Positions 10,914 to 23,019 of a stretch of DNA of 64,000 bases are shown in pieces. Source of the stretch: Mobula hypostoma (lineage: Eukaryota); NCBI RefSeq assembly GCF_963921235.1, contig NC_086107.1, positions 99,202,001-99,266,000 of the forward strand, read 5' to 3'. The number at the start of each line of letters is the position of its first letter. The stretch's first letter is position 1. Under the pieces are notes generated by a model. That model searched no databases. It worked only from the letters and a program-made list of their open reading frames with translations, and was not told the origin of the DNA. Both the position numbers and the translations under genes were made by a program.

Positions 10914-12594
10914 AGCTGTTCTTAAAACATTGGCCGTGGGTCTTCAGGCTCCCGTACCTCATCCCTGATAGTGATAGTGAGAAGTGGGTATGTCCTGGAT
11001 GGTGAGGGGCCTTAATGATGGATGCTGCCCTCTTGAGGCATTGCCTTTTGAAGATGTCCTCGATGGTGGGGAGACTTGCGCCTGGGATGGCAATGGCTAA
11101 GTTTACAATCCTCTGCAGCTTCTTATGATCCTGGGCATTAGTGATGCAAACTGTCAGAATCCGCACCCCCCCCCCCCCGTACATCGGTAGAAAATTGCTC
11201 GTCTTTGTTGACGTACCAGACCTCCTCAGACTCCTCGTGCCTCGCAGCCAATGGCGTGCCTGCACCATGATTGCATCATTGCCACTGGGCCCGCCCAATA
11301 CGCTGATGCAACACCCAAGCTGATGGAGGAAGGCAGCATCTGTACATCTGGTCAAAGGGAAGGTGGAGGGAAGGGATTGGAGGATCTGTCCTGGTCCACG
11401 TGAGAAAGCTCTACAAAGGGTAGTCAAAATTGCCCATCACTTCATTGGAACCAGGGCACCAGGTTACCCTCCATCAAAGACCTATATCCATAAAGGTGCT
11501 GGGAAAAGGCCAGCAATATCACAAAGGATCTTGCCCGCTGCTAATGGACTCTTTCTTCCACTCCCATCAGGGAGGAGGCTACCCAGCATCCACACCAGGA
11601 TCGCCAGACTCAAAAACAGTTACTTTCCCCAAGCAGTAAAGCTGATCAACACCTCCACCCACTAACCCACCCCAACAGACCCCAAATCACCACTACTTTA
11701 TCATTTCCTGTCAGAATCACCTCGTGCACAGACACTCCTGTAATCGGTAATGGTTGGGGTCACCCGTCTTGTGAAGACCCTGCCCAGGGGAAGGCAATGG
11801 CAAACCATTTCCGTAGAAATATTTGCCAAGAACGTCATGCTCATGGAAAGACCATGATCGCCTATGTCATGGTCACGGATCGAGGAAAGAGGAAGAGAAT
11901 GAGCAAGGTGGGTCTTTCCCACAGGCAGATTAAAGACAGATGGAAAACCATGATCACCCATGTCATACAACATGACACATAAATGAACAAACATATGCGG
12001 TACATCACCATAGACACGTCATACAATATGACACATAACACATGAACGAACATACACGGTACGTCACCATACACACGTCATGCAACATGACACATAACAA
12101 ATGAACAAAGATATACGGTACGTCACCATATACTTCCTTGGGATTCATTTTCCTTGCAGGCATTCACAGGAAAATAGTATGTATGAAAATCTAAACATAG
12201 GCAAGACTGTAAACAAACAATGTGCAAAGGACAACAAATGGTGTAAATAAAAAATATGAAACTGAGGAACTGAGTTGTAGAGTCGTTGGAAGAGAGCCTG
12301 TAGGTGGTAGGATCTGTTCAGATTTGAGGTGAGTGAAGCTATTAACACTGGTTCAAAAGCCTGATGGTTGAAGGGTGATAACTCTTCCTGAACCTGGTGA
12401 TGAAGGACCTAGGGTTCTTGAACCCTGGATGCTGGAACATTAGCATCCAGTCCACGGCCCCACTACCTGTCCTATCTCACTGGCTGCAGATCAAATGCTC
12501 TGATCCACCTGTCATGACCTAATTGGCCCATAAATGTACCATAAAACTGCCCTACCAAGTGCATTGGCCCACACAATTATGAAATAACTACAGG

Positions 12595-13000
12595 AGATGC
12601 TCCTCCAAGAGGACCACAGCCTTGCCATAGGGTTTGGAGGCTTGCGTGCCTCGATGATCTGGAGAGTATGTTGGCTGGAGTCAGGGCTTTGTGCTTTGGC
12701 TCTTGGTAGGGTCACCCATGCCAAACAGGTCAAAGGGTAGAGGCCAGACTAAGAGTGGTCCACCGGTCCTCCAGGTTCAGGGGTTCAGCTCAGGGCTAAC
12801 AACCCTGACTGGTCAAAAAAAAACTATTACAGAAACAACAATGAAAATTCCTTCTACATCTGAGTGCGACGGTATTCCTGAGACTCGACCTGGGACTTGC
12901 ATGACTGACAGGAGTGAAAAGCAAGAGGAAGCTACTGACACGATGAAAGAAGCCCTGAACACTGGTAGAGATGGAGGACCTTTGTCACTGCCCTAAATGC
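12595..13000 (+). mobile_element. RTE (Expander/Rex3-like) derived non-autonomous element, mostly 5' UTR
   Basis: GGAGGCTTGCGTGCCTCGATGA..GGTAGGGTCACCCATGCCAAACAGGTC..GGCCAGACTAAGAG..CAGGGCTAACAACCCTG resembles my recollection of RTE 5' UTRs; not verified. Confidence 0.5.
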
Positions 13001-13267
13001 CAGCGAAAGCACAGGAGATGTTGGGAACACCTGGGGTAAGGTGTTTTTGGTTAACGTTTCAGGTCTCAGGCACTTCGTCATAACACATCAGAAAAGGCCA
13101 CACCAGTTGGGCTCCTCCAGTTAGCGGTCCCCGATCACCAGCCCAGTAACCCCCTCCCCATAGCTGCGCACCAGGAGCAGCAGAGGGGGTCACAGATAGA
13201 GCCGCCTCCTCACAACTCCAGTGGCCCCGAGGGTCACTTCACTTCCTTCCTTTCCCACCTTGATTTA

Positions 13268-13820
13268 AGACCATAAGACACAGGAGCAGAATCAGGCCTC
13301 TTGGCACAGTGAGCCAGGCCCAGAGCCATCAAAAACTCTTTCAACCCCAGAATCATTCTCGTAAAAAACATCCTGTCTGGACCCTCTCCAATTCCAGCAC
13401 ATCCTTTCTCAGATACGGGACCGAAAACTACTCACAATACTCTGAATGCGGTCTGATTAATGCCTTATAAATCCTTGCTTTTATATGCTAGTCCTCTTGA
13501 ATTGAATGCTAACATTGTGTTTGCCTTCCTTGCTTCCAGCCCAACCTGCAAGTTAACCTTTCGAGAATCCTTGCATAAGGACTCCCAAGTCCCTTTGCAC
13601 TTCCAGATTCTGAATTTGCTCCCCAGTTAGGAACTAGCCTGCACCTTGACTCCTTCTTCCAAAGTGTATGACCGTACACTTCCCTACACTATATTCCATC
13701 TGCCACTTCCGTTTTCCCATTCTCCAAATCTGTCCAAGTCCTTTTGCAGGCTCCCTGCACCCTCAACACTGCCTGCCCCTCCACCTATCTTTGTATCATC
13801 TGATCTACCCTACTAAACCT
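13268..13820 (-). mobile_element. CR1 LINE fragments
   Basis: ACCATAAGACA tail at about 13270; inverted CR1 ORF2 sequence (GACTCCCAAGTCCCTTTGCAC, CATCTGCCAC). Confidence 0.7.
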
Positions 13821-15486
13821 TCAATTCCCCCCGCCCCCGCCCCAGCTATGGACCACTCTGACTCACTGTCTGCATTCCTTCACTTTCCCTCCAAGCAGAG
13901 AGTGGTCAGGACAATGGAAAGGGAAGGGGGCAGTCAATGGCCTTTATCTTTATCCTCTAGGATTGAGTCTCACTCATTTCCCTCCCCTCTCCATTCCCCT
14001 CAACGATCGCCCAGCCCAACCTGATCTGACTTCCCACCCCCACCCACCGCCCACCAGCCTCAGCAGCATTCCACAGCAAGATCAGTCACGGAGGTGAGTC
14101 ACTGAGCGACAGTCCTGTTGCAGCATGTGGCTGCCACAGGGAACGTGCCACCGGGCCTGTGAATCACACCAACCAGGCAGTACAAATGACTTCACTCACC
14201 GCAACACAGAACTGATCCCACAAACTATGAGCTCACTTTCAAGGTCTCTGCAATTCGTGTCCTCGATATTTATTGTTTATATATTCATCATTATGTTTTA
14301 TTCCACTTTTTTGTGCTTGTAATCACTTGCACATTCAATGATTGTCCACCTTGTTGTGTGAGATTTTTCATTTCTATTGTGATTCTTTGTATTTAATGTG
14401 ACTGGCTGCATGGAAATGAATCTCAGGGTTGTGTGCAGTGACACAGACAGTGCTGTGCAAAAGCATTACAATATGTTGCCTAAAACTTTTGAACAGCACT
14501 GTACTTGTCAACATGGGGCAGGGAGCGAGCTTGTAAATCTGGCGGGAGAAGAGGATGTTGGGAATGGGGAGGGTGGAGCGCTGCAGAAGGGGTGCGGGAC
14601 GTGTGGCAGAGGAGTGCCCTGGGCCCTGAGAAGCCAGGCAAGGTCATTTGATTACAGACAATTGGTTTGTTGATCTTCATAGAATGTCTCTCTAGTGCTT
14701 CCCGCTCCCACCCCTCTCCCTTCCCCTCTCCCTGCCCCCTTCCAAGTCCAGAATAGAGAACCAAATCAGAATCAGGTTTATCATCACTCACGTATGTCTT
14801 GAATTTTTTTTTAAAATGGCAGCAGTACAGTGCAACATATAAAATTACTACAGTACTGTGCAAAACTCTTAGGCACCCTAGCCATATATATGTGTCTTGT
14901 AAAAGCCATGAAAAAGACATCATCACGGACGCACGCACGGACATGCCGATGCACACACAGACTCACACGCACGCGGGCACACGCCAAAAAAACAATGCGG
15001 AATAAAGTGTAAAAACTATGGTGCAGGTAAATGACAAAGTGCAAGATTATAATGAGGTAGATTGTGAGGTCAAGAGTCCATCTTATTGTACAAGAAGTCC
15101 ATTCGAGAATGTGACAAAAGTGGGGTAGAAACTGTTCTTGCACCTGAAGGACTGGAGGCCCGGTATGGGAACACCAACGCCTTTGAGCAGAAAATCCCAC
15201 AAAACATAGTGGATTCACTACATGACGGGTAAAACCCTCCCAACCATTGAGCACATCTGCATGAAACATTGCCGGTGAAAAGCAGCATCCATCATCAAAG
15301 ATCCTCGCCACCCAGGCCATGCTCTTTTCTCACTACTGCCAAGAGGTAGAAGGTACAGGAGCCTCAGATCTTGCACCACCAGGTTCAAAATCAGTTATTG
15401 CCCCTCAACCATCAGGCTCTTTAACAAAAGGGGATAACTACACTCTTTTGAGGACTGTTTTATCTTGTTAATTCACACTCGTTATT

Positions 15487-16058
15487 TGTAACCCTCAGGC
15501 TCGGCCAGCACGAGTTTGTCTAGGGGAAGACAGCCTCTGGCCCCACCAAACTGAGAAATCTCTTTTGTGTGGATGCTGTGTGATGTGTTGCCCTGTTACA
15601 AATCCGAACCGCAAAATATCAGACGGTACACCGTATGCAATTAAATGATTGAACTTTATAAATTTTAATCTGAGTATAGGGTTAGTAAAGAAAAAGGGCC
15701 CAGTTGAAGGAAAAAGTCAAATGTACACGTTGGAGCTCACTGATAAGGCCGCTCGTCCACCATCGACCTCCTTCGAGCGTTGCTGACCTTCAGACCCTCG
15801 CTCCCCGTCCACTCTCATCCAGCGGCATACCGACTCTCTCCACACGCGTCTTCCCTCGCCAACAAAAGACTGCAAAATCCCTGCTCCCAGACTCACAAAA
15901 AAGAACAACATGCCTCTCATTGGCTCACATACATTCCAAAGGCCCCGTTATCTCGAGTCATAACCCAAACATTGCTGCGACAGAGAAACCATTACCTCAG
16001 CAGTGGAACATTATAGAGCGGCCATTACGTTAGCCGTGAAGCCTTACAGCGCGTTACA
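15487..16058. mobile_element. Solo LTR (572 bp)
   Basis: Termini TGTAAC...GTTACA (6-bp inverted, TG..CA) and 4-bp TSD TATT at 15483-15486 and 16059-16062. Inserted into the 3' UTR of a Rex1/Babar-like LINE (about 15150-16210). Confidence 0.85.
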
Positions 16059-17324
16059 TATTTATATTTGTACTTGCACAGTTTGTTCTCCATCGTTTAC
16101 AGTTAGTCCTCTATAGATTTGCTATGGACGCCTGCAGAAAAAGAATCTCAGGGTCGTACGTGGTGACATGTATGCACTCTGATACTAAATTTTATCTTCA
16201 ACTTTGACTGTGTGTGTATGTGTGTGATGGACAGATGGAGAGGGTGGGAGAGAGGACAACGGGATCGGGAGGAGGGAAATGACAGAAGGAGAACAATTAC
16301 TAGAAGCTAGATAACTTGATGCTCATGCCGACAGGTTGGAGACTGCCCTGACGGACTATGAGCTGTTTTTATTTCTCTTTTTAACGAGATACCTTTCCAG
16401 CCCTTTGAGCTGCGCCCCCCGGCAATTCCTGATCTAATCACAGGACAATATACAATGACCAACTAGCCTACCAACCAGTACGCCTTTGGGCGTTGGGAGG
16501 AAACCAGGGCACCCGGAGGAAATCCGTGTGGTCACGGGGAGAACGTACAAACTGCTCGCAGGCAGTGACGGGAATTGAACCTGGGCCGCCCATACTGTAA
16601 ACCGTTGTGCTAACCACTACGCTGCCGTGCCGCCTCTGTCGGGTTGTTCCGATAATTAATGTTTAGCCCCGACCTGCAAGTGGAGGAGGCCGTGGACAGA
16701 CACGTTAGTGCGGGAATGGGAAGTGGAATTAAAATGGTTGCCCACCGGGAAGATCCAGATTACGGTGTCCGCGTCCCTTAGGTGCAGGTGTTGCGGAAAA
16801 GGCTGACTTGTCTGCACCTGCCCTCTGTGTAGTGACAGGAAAGGGAGGTGACTTCTTTGAAACATGTCACAATTCAAATGACCTTGCAAGGGTCTGGGCT
16901 GTAAAGGTGTTTCCCTCTAAACCTCAAGGCAGTGAGTCAGAATTGGGAGTCACCCAGGAGAAACTGAGATGAGTTCCTTCTCTCAGAACGTTGTGGGTCT
17001 GAGAGAGTGGAGTTATTTACAGGAAATTTTATTTTAGGTGGATTAAAAGGATGTAAAATTGGCATAAAAGATCAACAGTGATGAGAAGGGAGTTGACCCG
17101 AAACATTAACGGTTTATTCACCCTTCATAGGTGCTGCCTGACTTGCTGAGTTCCTGCAGCATTTTGCACGTGTCACTCAAGATTCACAGCATCTGCAGAT
17201 TCTCTTGTCTTTCAGTTTTCTCTCTTTTTGTCTACATCCACCTGCTTGGCTCTGCCTTCCAACAGCCCCTCTGTTGCACACTCCTATCCGCCACGTTGAA
17301 ATCCTGTCTTATATTCCCACCTTC

Positions 17325-19215
17325 CTCTCTGTACTGACCATCTCCCCTCTCTGTACTGACCGTCTCCCCTCTCTGTACTGACCGCCTCCCCTCTCCCTTC
17401 TCTGTTCTGACCGTCTCCCCTCTCCCCTCCGTACTGACCGTCTCCCCTCTCCTCTCTCTGTACTGACCGTCTCCCCTCCTCTCTCTGAACTGACTGTCTC
17501 CCCTCTCTGTACTGACCGTCTCCCCCTCCTCTCTGTACTGACCGTCTCTCCTCTCCCTTCTCTGTACTGACCGTCTTCCCTCTCCCCTCCGTATTGACCG
17601 TCTCCCCCTCCTCTCTCTGTACTGACCATCTCCCCTCCTCTCTCTGTACTGACCGTCTCCCCTCTTCTCTCTGTACTGACCGTCTCCCCTCTCCCCTCCG
17701 TACTGACCGTCTCCCCTCTCCTCTCTCTGTACTGACCGTCTCCCCTCTTCTCTCTGTACTGACCATCTCCCCTCTCTGTACTGACCATCTCCCCTCTCCT
17801 CTCTCTGTACTGACCGTCTCCCCTCTCCTCTCTCTGTACTGACCGTCTCGCCTCCTCTCTCTGTACTGACCATCTCCCCTCTCTGTACTGACCATCTCCC
17901 CTCTCCCTTCTCTGTACTGACCGTCTCACCTCTCCTCTCTCCGTACTGACCGTCTCCCCTCTCCTCTCTCTGTACTGACCGTCTTCCCTCTCCCCTCCGT
18001 ACTGACCGTCTCCTCTCTCCTCTCTCTGTACTGACCGTCTCCCCTCCTCTCTCTGTACTGACCATCTCCCCTCTCTGTACTGACCGTCTCCCCTTCCTCT
18101 CTGTACTGACCGTCTCCCCTCTTCCTTCTCTGTACTGACCGTCTCCCCTCTTCCTTCTCTGTACTGATCATCTCCCCTCTCCTCTCTCTGTACTGACCGC
18201 CTCCCCTCTCCCCTCCGTACTGACCGTCTCCCCTCTCCTCTCTCTGTACTGACCATCCCCCCTCTCTGTACTGACCGTCTCCCCTCTCCTCTCTGTACTG
18301 ACCATCTCCCCTCTCTGTACTGACTGTCTTCCCTCTCCTCTCTGTACTGACCATCTCCTCTCCTCTCTCCGTACTGACCATCTCCCCTCTCCTCTCTGTA
18401 CTGACCATCTCCCCTCTCTGTACTGACTGTCTTCCCTCTCCTCTCTGTACTGACCATCTCCCCTCTCCTCTCTGTACTGACCGTCTCCCTTCTCCTCTCT
18501 GTACTGACTGTCTCCCCTCTCTTGTCTGTACTGACCGTCTCCCCTCTCCCCTCCGTACTGACCGTCTCCCCTCTCCTCTCTGTACTGACCATCTCCCCTC
18601 TCTGTACTGACTGTCTTCCCTCTCCTCTCTGTACTGACCATCTCCTCTCCTCTCTCCGTACTGACCATCTCCCCTCTCCTCTCTGTACTGACCATCTCCC
18701 CTCTCTGTACTGACTGTCTTCCCTCTCCTCTCTGTACTGACCATCTCCCCTCTCCTCTCTGTACTGACCGTCTCCCTTCTCCTCTCTGTACTGACTGTCT
18801 CCCCTCTCTTGTCTGTACTGACCGTCTCCCCTCTCCCCTCCGTACTGACCATCTCCCCTTTCCTCTCTGTACTGACCGTCTCCCCCTCCTCTCTGTATTG
18901 ACCCCTCCCCTCTCCTCTCTGTACTGACCATCTCCCCTCTCCTCTCTGTACTGACCATCTCCCCTCTCCTCTCTCTGTACTGACCGTCTCCCCTCTCCCG
19001 TCCGTACTGACCATCTCCCCTCTCCTCTCTCTGTACTGACCGTCTCCCCTCCTCTCTCTGTACTGACCATCTCCCTTCTCCTCTCTGTACTGACCATTCG
19101 TCTCTCTGTACTGACCGTCTCCCCTCTCCTCTCTCTGTACTGACCATCTCCTCCTCTCTCTGTACTGACCATCTCCCCTCTCTGTACTGACTGTCTCCTC
19201 TCTCGGCACTGACCA
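17325..19215. repeat. 1.9-kb pyrimidine-rich variable-unit minisatellite
   Basis: Core CTGTACTGACC(G/A)TCTCCCCTCT(CCT)n with 22-30 bp units; the source of the 635/427/370 aa ORFs. Confidence 0.95.
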
Positions 19216-19290
19216 TCTTGTCCCTCCACCCTCAGTCCTGAAATGTCAACAATCCCTTTCGTCCTACAGATGCTGCTCAACCCATTGAGT

Positions 19291-19560
19291 CCCAGCAGCA
19301 GATTTCTCCATGGCAGATTGTCTCAGCAGCAGATTTCTCCATGGCAGATTGTTCCAGCAGCAGATTTCTCCGTGGCAGATTGTCCCAGCAGCAGATTTCT
19401 CCATGGCAGATTGTCCCAGCAGCAGATTTCTCCGTGGCAGATTGTCCCAGCAGCAGATTTCTCCATGGCAGATTGTCCCAGCAGCAGATTGCTCTGTGGC
19501 AGATTGTCCCAGCAGCAGATTTCTCAGTGGCAGATTGTCCCAGCAGCAGATTGCTCTGTG
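19291..19560. repeat. 31-bp minisatellite, about 8.7 copies
   Basis: Unit CCCAGCAGCAGATTTCTCCATGGCAGATTGT, embedded in a Penelope pLTR-like segment. Confidence 0.9.
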
Positions 19561-21381
19561 CCTCCAGATTCCAGCATCCCCGGTCTCTTGTGCATCCATT
19601 GATCTGTAAGTGCTGAGGTGCTTCAGACAGAAACACCAGGGTGGGACATCCCAGTATCGCGTATCTCCTGCCATTTCACTGAGCAGTGCTCAGGTGAGAT
19701 GCCTATGCCCTTGAAGGTTGCTCCCCTGACAGGCACAGAGGAGAGGGACATTTAATGGAATGGGAAGACCTGGACAATTGGATGCACGCCAGGAGCGAGT
19801 CTCCATGCACTGGAGGACAGTTGGGCAAATAAGAGAATGGCAAGGTTCAGCACACAGCGGTGAAGCCCCCACGAGGGATGGGTGAGCTCTGCACCCAGCG
19901 GGATGCTCGAATGGTTTCTACTTCTCTCCTTGTGTCTGGGCATCTCTGTATCTGTGAATGGAGGGCCCACTGGTGCGAGGGTTCAGGGAAGCAGAGTGCA
20001 GTGCTTCCTCCCTAGGATCCACCCCTCAGAGTTCAGCCACCGGCAGTGCTGACTCCCTCGGCAAAAAAACGATGGAACTCTGAAATAAAGGTGAAAGTGC
20101 TGGAAACACTCGGTAGGTCAGGCAGCGTCCGTGCAGATAGAAACTGTATCAATGTTTCAAGTCGAAGACCCTTCGTCAGATGACCTAGCTCTGTTTCCCC
20201 CTCTGGAGAGACATGGATGCCTTCCCCAGTGGGAAAATCCTTCTGGTGATCATGTGCTGGGGGATTCAGTACAGGGGCCGTCGGCTGCCGGTACTGGTGG
20301 GAAGCAATCACTGGTGCTGGTTACACCACACGCATCAGACCAAGTGAGATTATTCCTCTGTATGGAGCTGGCAACCTCTCATGAGTGGCAAATTGGAGTC
20401 AAGTCAGAGGTGTGTGGGAAAGAGCCCGTGGTGAGGAGGCTGAGAGTCACTATGACCTTGATCTCCATAGAGAGACCAATCCAGACACAAGTGTACAACT
20501 GCTCTTTATTCTGTATTGTTGTTGTTCCGCCTTTGAACGTCAAAATCTATGAAACATTACTGGCCCTTCGGCCCACAATGTTGTGCTGACCATGTAACCT
20601 TCTCTAGAAGCTGCCTAGAATTTCCCTACTGCATAGCCTTCTATTATTCTAAGCTCCATGTACCTAAGAGTCTCTTAAAGACCCTATTGTATCCGCCTCC
20701 ATCACCATCGCTGGCAGTGCATTCCACACACCCACTACTCTCAGTGTGAAAAACTTACCTCTGACATCCCCCTTGTACCTACTTCCAAGCACCTGACCTC
20801 GAGACCTGCCCCCTCGTGTTAGCCATTTCAACCCTGGGAAAAAGCCTCTGGCTATCCACACGATCAATGACTATCATCATCTCATACACCTCGTTCTACT
20901 TCAGTGCACTGTGAATGATACAGTCTGTGTGAACAGTAAGACAAACTTTTCACTGCATCTTGGTTCATGTGATACTAATAGTGCAATTTGATAAACTAAT
21001 CGATCCCCACGGAAACACCACCTTGTGTATCCGATCCTGCGAACACTTTGTTCATTGAAGAGGGTGAGAAGAGCTGTCTTATTGCTGAGGACTGTCTCGG
21101 TGCGAGTCCCTCTTCCTCCCTGAATGGCCAGCCATGTCCTGAAGTGGGGCACTGGCTCTACATACACATAGGATCAGCTGACTCCTCCTGGTTGTCCCTG
21201 GAAGGAATAGCAGTGTGGGGGAACAGAGGGATCTTGGGGTCCAAGTCCACAGATCCTTCAAAGTTGCCGTGCAAGTTGACAGGGTGGTTAAAAAGGCGTG
21301 TGGTGTGGTTACCTCCATTAGTCAGTGGATTGAGTCCAAGAGTTACGAGGTAATGCTTCACGTCTGGTTAGACTACACTTA

Positions 21382-21562
21382 GCCGGTTGCTGGCATAGTG
21401 GCATCCACACCAGACTTCGAGGCGAGTGGTCCTGGGTTCGAATCCGGCCGGCCCCTTGCACGCTTTCCACCTGTACTGGGTTGAGCGTCGAGCTGGCAAC
21501 TCGGCCTGGTAAAATAACAGACAGAAAATGCTGAAGAAAAGCGTGGATGCTGCCTACTGTGC
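21382..21562 (+). mobile_element. tRNA-derived SINE inserted in a CR1 fragment
   Basis: A-box TGGCATAGTGG (21391-21401) and B-box GGTTCGAATCC (21435-21445). CR1 sequence on both sides (about 21215-21380 and 21565-22065). Confidence 0.75.
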
Positions 21563-22926
21563 CACATTTAGAACTTTGCATTCCATTCTGGTCGCCTCAT
21601 TACAGGAAGGATGTGGAAGCTTTATAGAGGGTGCATAGAGATTCATCAGGATGCTGCCCAGATTAGACAGTGTATTTTGAGAAAAGTTTGAGCGGATTTT
21701 GGAGAGAAGGAAGGTGAGAGGCAACTTGATGGAGTTGTATAAGGTTGCAAGAGGAATAGGTAGACAGGGCAGCAATGGCCAATATCAAAGGGCTTCCATT
21801 TAGAGTGAGTGGAGAAAAGATTCGGGTAGGTGTTTTTTGACACAGAGTGGTGGGTGCATGGAGCTCACTGCTGGGGTTGTGGTAGAGACAGATACATTAG
21901 GGGCGTTTAAGAGACTCTAGGTTAGACACATGGGTGTAAGAAAAATGAAGAGGTGAAGGCTGTGTAGGAGGGAAAGGTTAGATTGATTGCGGACTAGGTT
22001 TATATCGGATAGCACAACATTGTGGGCCGAAGGGCCAGCACTGTGCTCTACCATTCTGTGTTCTCTGTTCTCTGTCCTGCTGAGGCAGCTCAAGGACAGT
22101 CACAGCACGGAGCCACCGCTCCGGATGAGGTCAGTAGGTGCAGAAATGTGCGTAGCGTGACATTAGCTGGCGGGAAGAGGTCAGGCACACGGTCCGAGAT
22201 CCAATTCCACTTGGAACTAATCATCAGTGTCCTCCTTCCTGGCAAAAAAACAGAACTTGTGTTGTGTAGAAGCTGAACAGAATCAGAATCAGGTTTATTA
22301 TCAGGGACATATGTCGGGAAATGTGTTTTGTTCTGTGAGAGCAGTACAGTGCCATACATTAAAAAATGAACTAGATTCAAGTTGCGAGAATGTTTAATGT
22401 CATTTCCAGTATGCAAGTGTAAAGGAGAACAAAATAATTGTTACTCTGGATTCGATGCAGCACAAAAAAACATAATAAGACAAAGAACAATAATAAAAAA
22501 CACAATAAATATAGAGAAGGTAGTTTATATACATAGATTGATAGTATGTACATGAGGTGACACTAGGCACGGGAGTGTCTGTACCTAAAGTGATTCTGAC
22601 AGGAAATGATAAAGTTGTGGTGGAATGGATTAGTGACTGGAGGTGTTGATCAGCTTTACTGCTTGGGGAAAGTAACTGTTTTTTGAGTCTGGTGGTCCTG
22701 CAGTGGATGCTAAGTGGCCTTCTCCCTGATGGACGTGGGACAAACAATCTTTGAGCAGGGTGGGTGCGATCGTTCATGGTATTACCGGCCTTTTTCTGTA
22801 TGTATGTCTTTGTTACAGTAAGAAATAGATTTTTTTAGATAAATAAGTAGTGTACAAAAATAGCAGAATAGTAAGGTGGAATTCAGCCTGATTACAGAGG
22901 GGGAAGAAGCTCTTCTTAAAACATAA

Positions 22927-23019
22927 GCAACACACATCAAAGTTGCTGGTGAACGCAATAGGCCAGGCAGCATCTCTAGGAAGAGGTACAGTCGACGTTT
23001 CGGGCTGAGACCCTTCGTC
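22927..23019 (-). mobile_element. Short Penelope pLTR insertion
   Basis: TSD AAAACATAA (22918-22926 and 23020-23028). The - strand begins within a hammerhead core, TGACGAAGGGTCTCAGCCCGAAACGTCGACTG. Confidence 0.75.

Noticed and set aside
17232..19280. Long ORFs of 203-635 aa
   Set aside because: Translations of a minisatellite, open in several frames.
21382..21460. tRNA genes here and at about 30820-30889
   Set aside because: A and B boxes are present but run into SINE bodies, and both sit inside other repeats.
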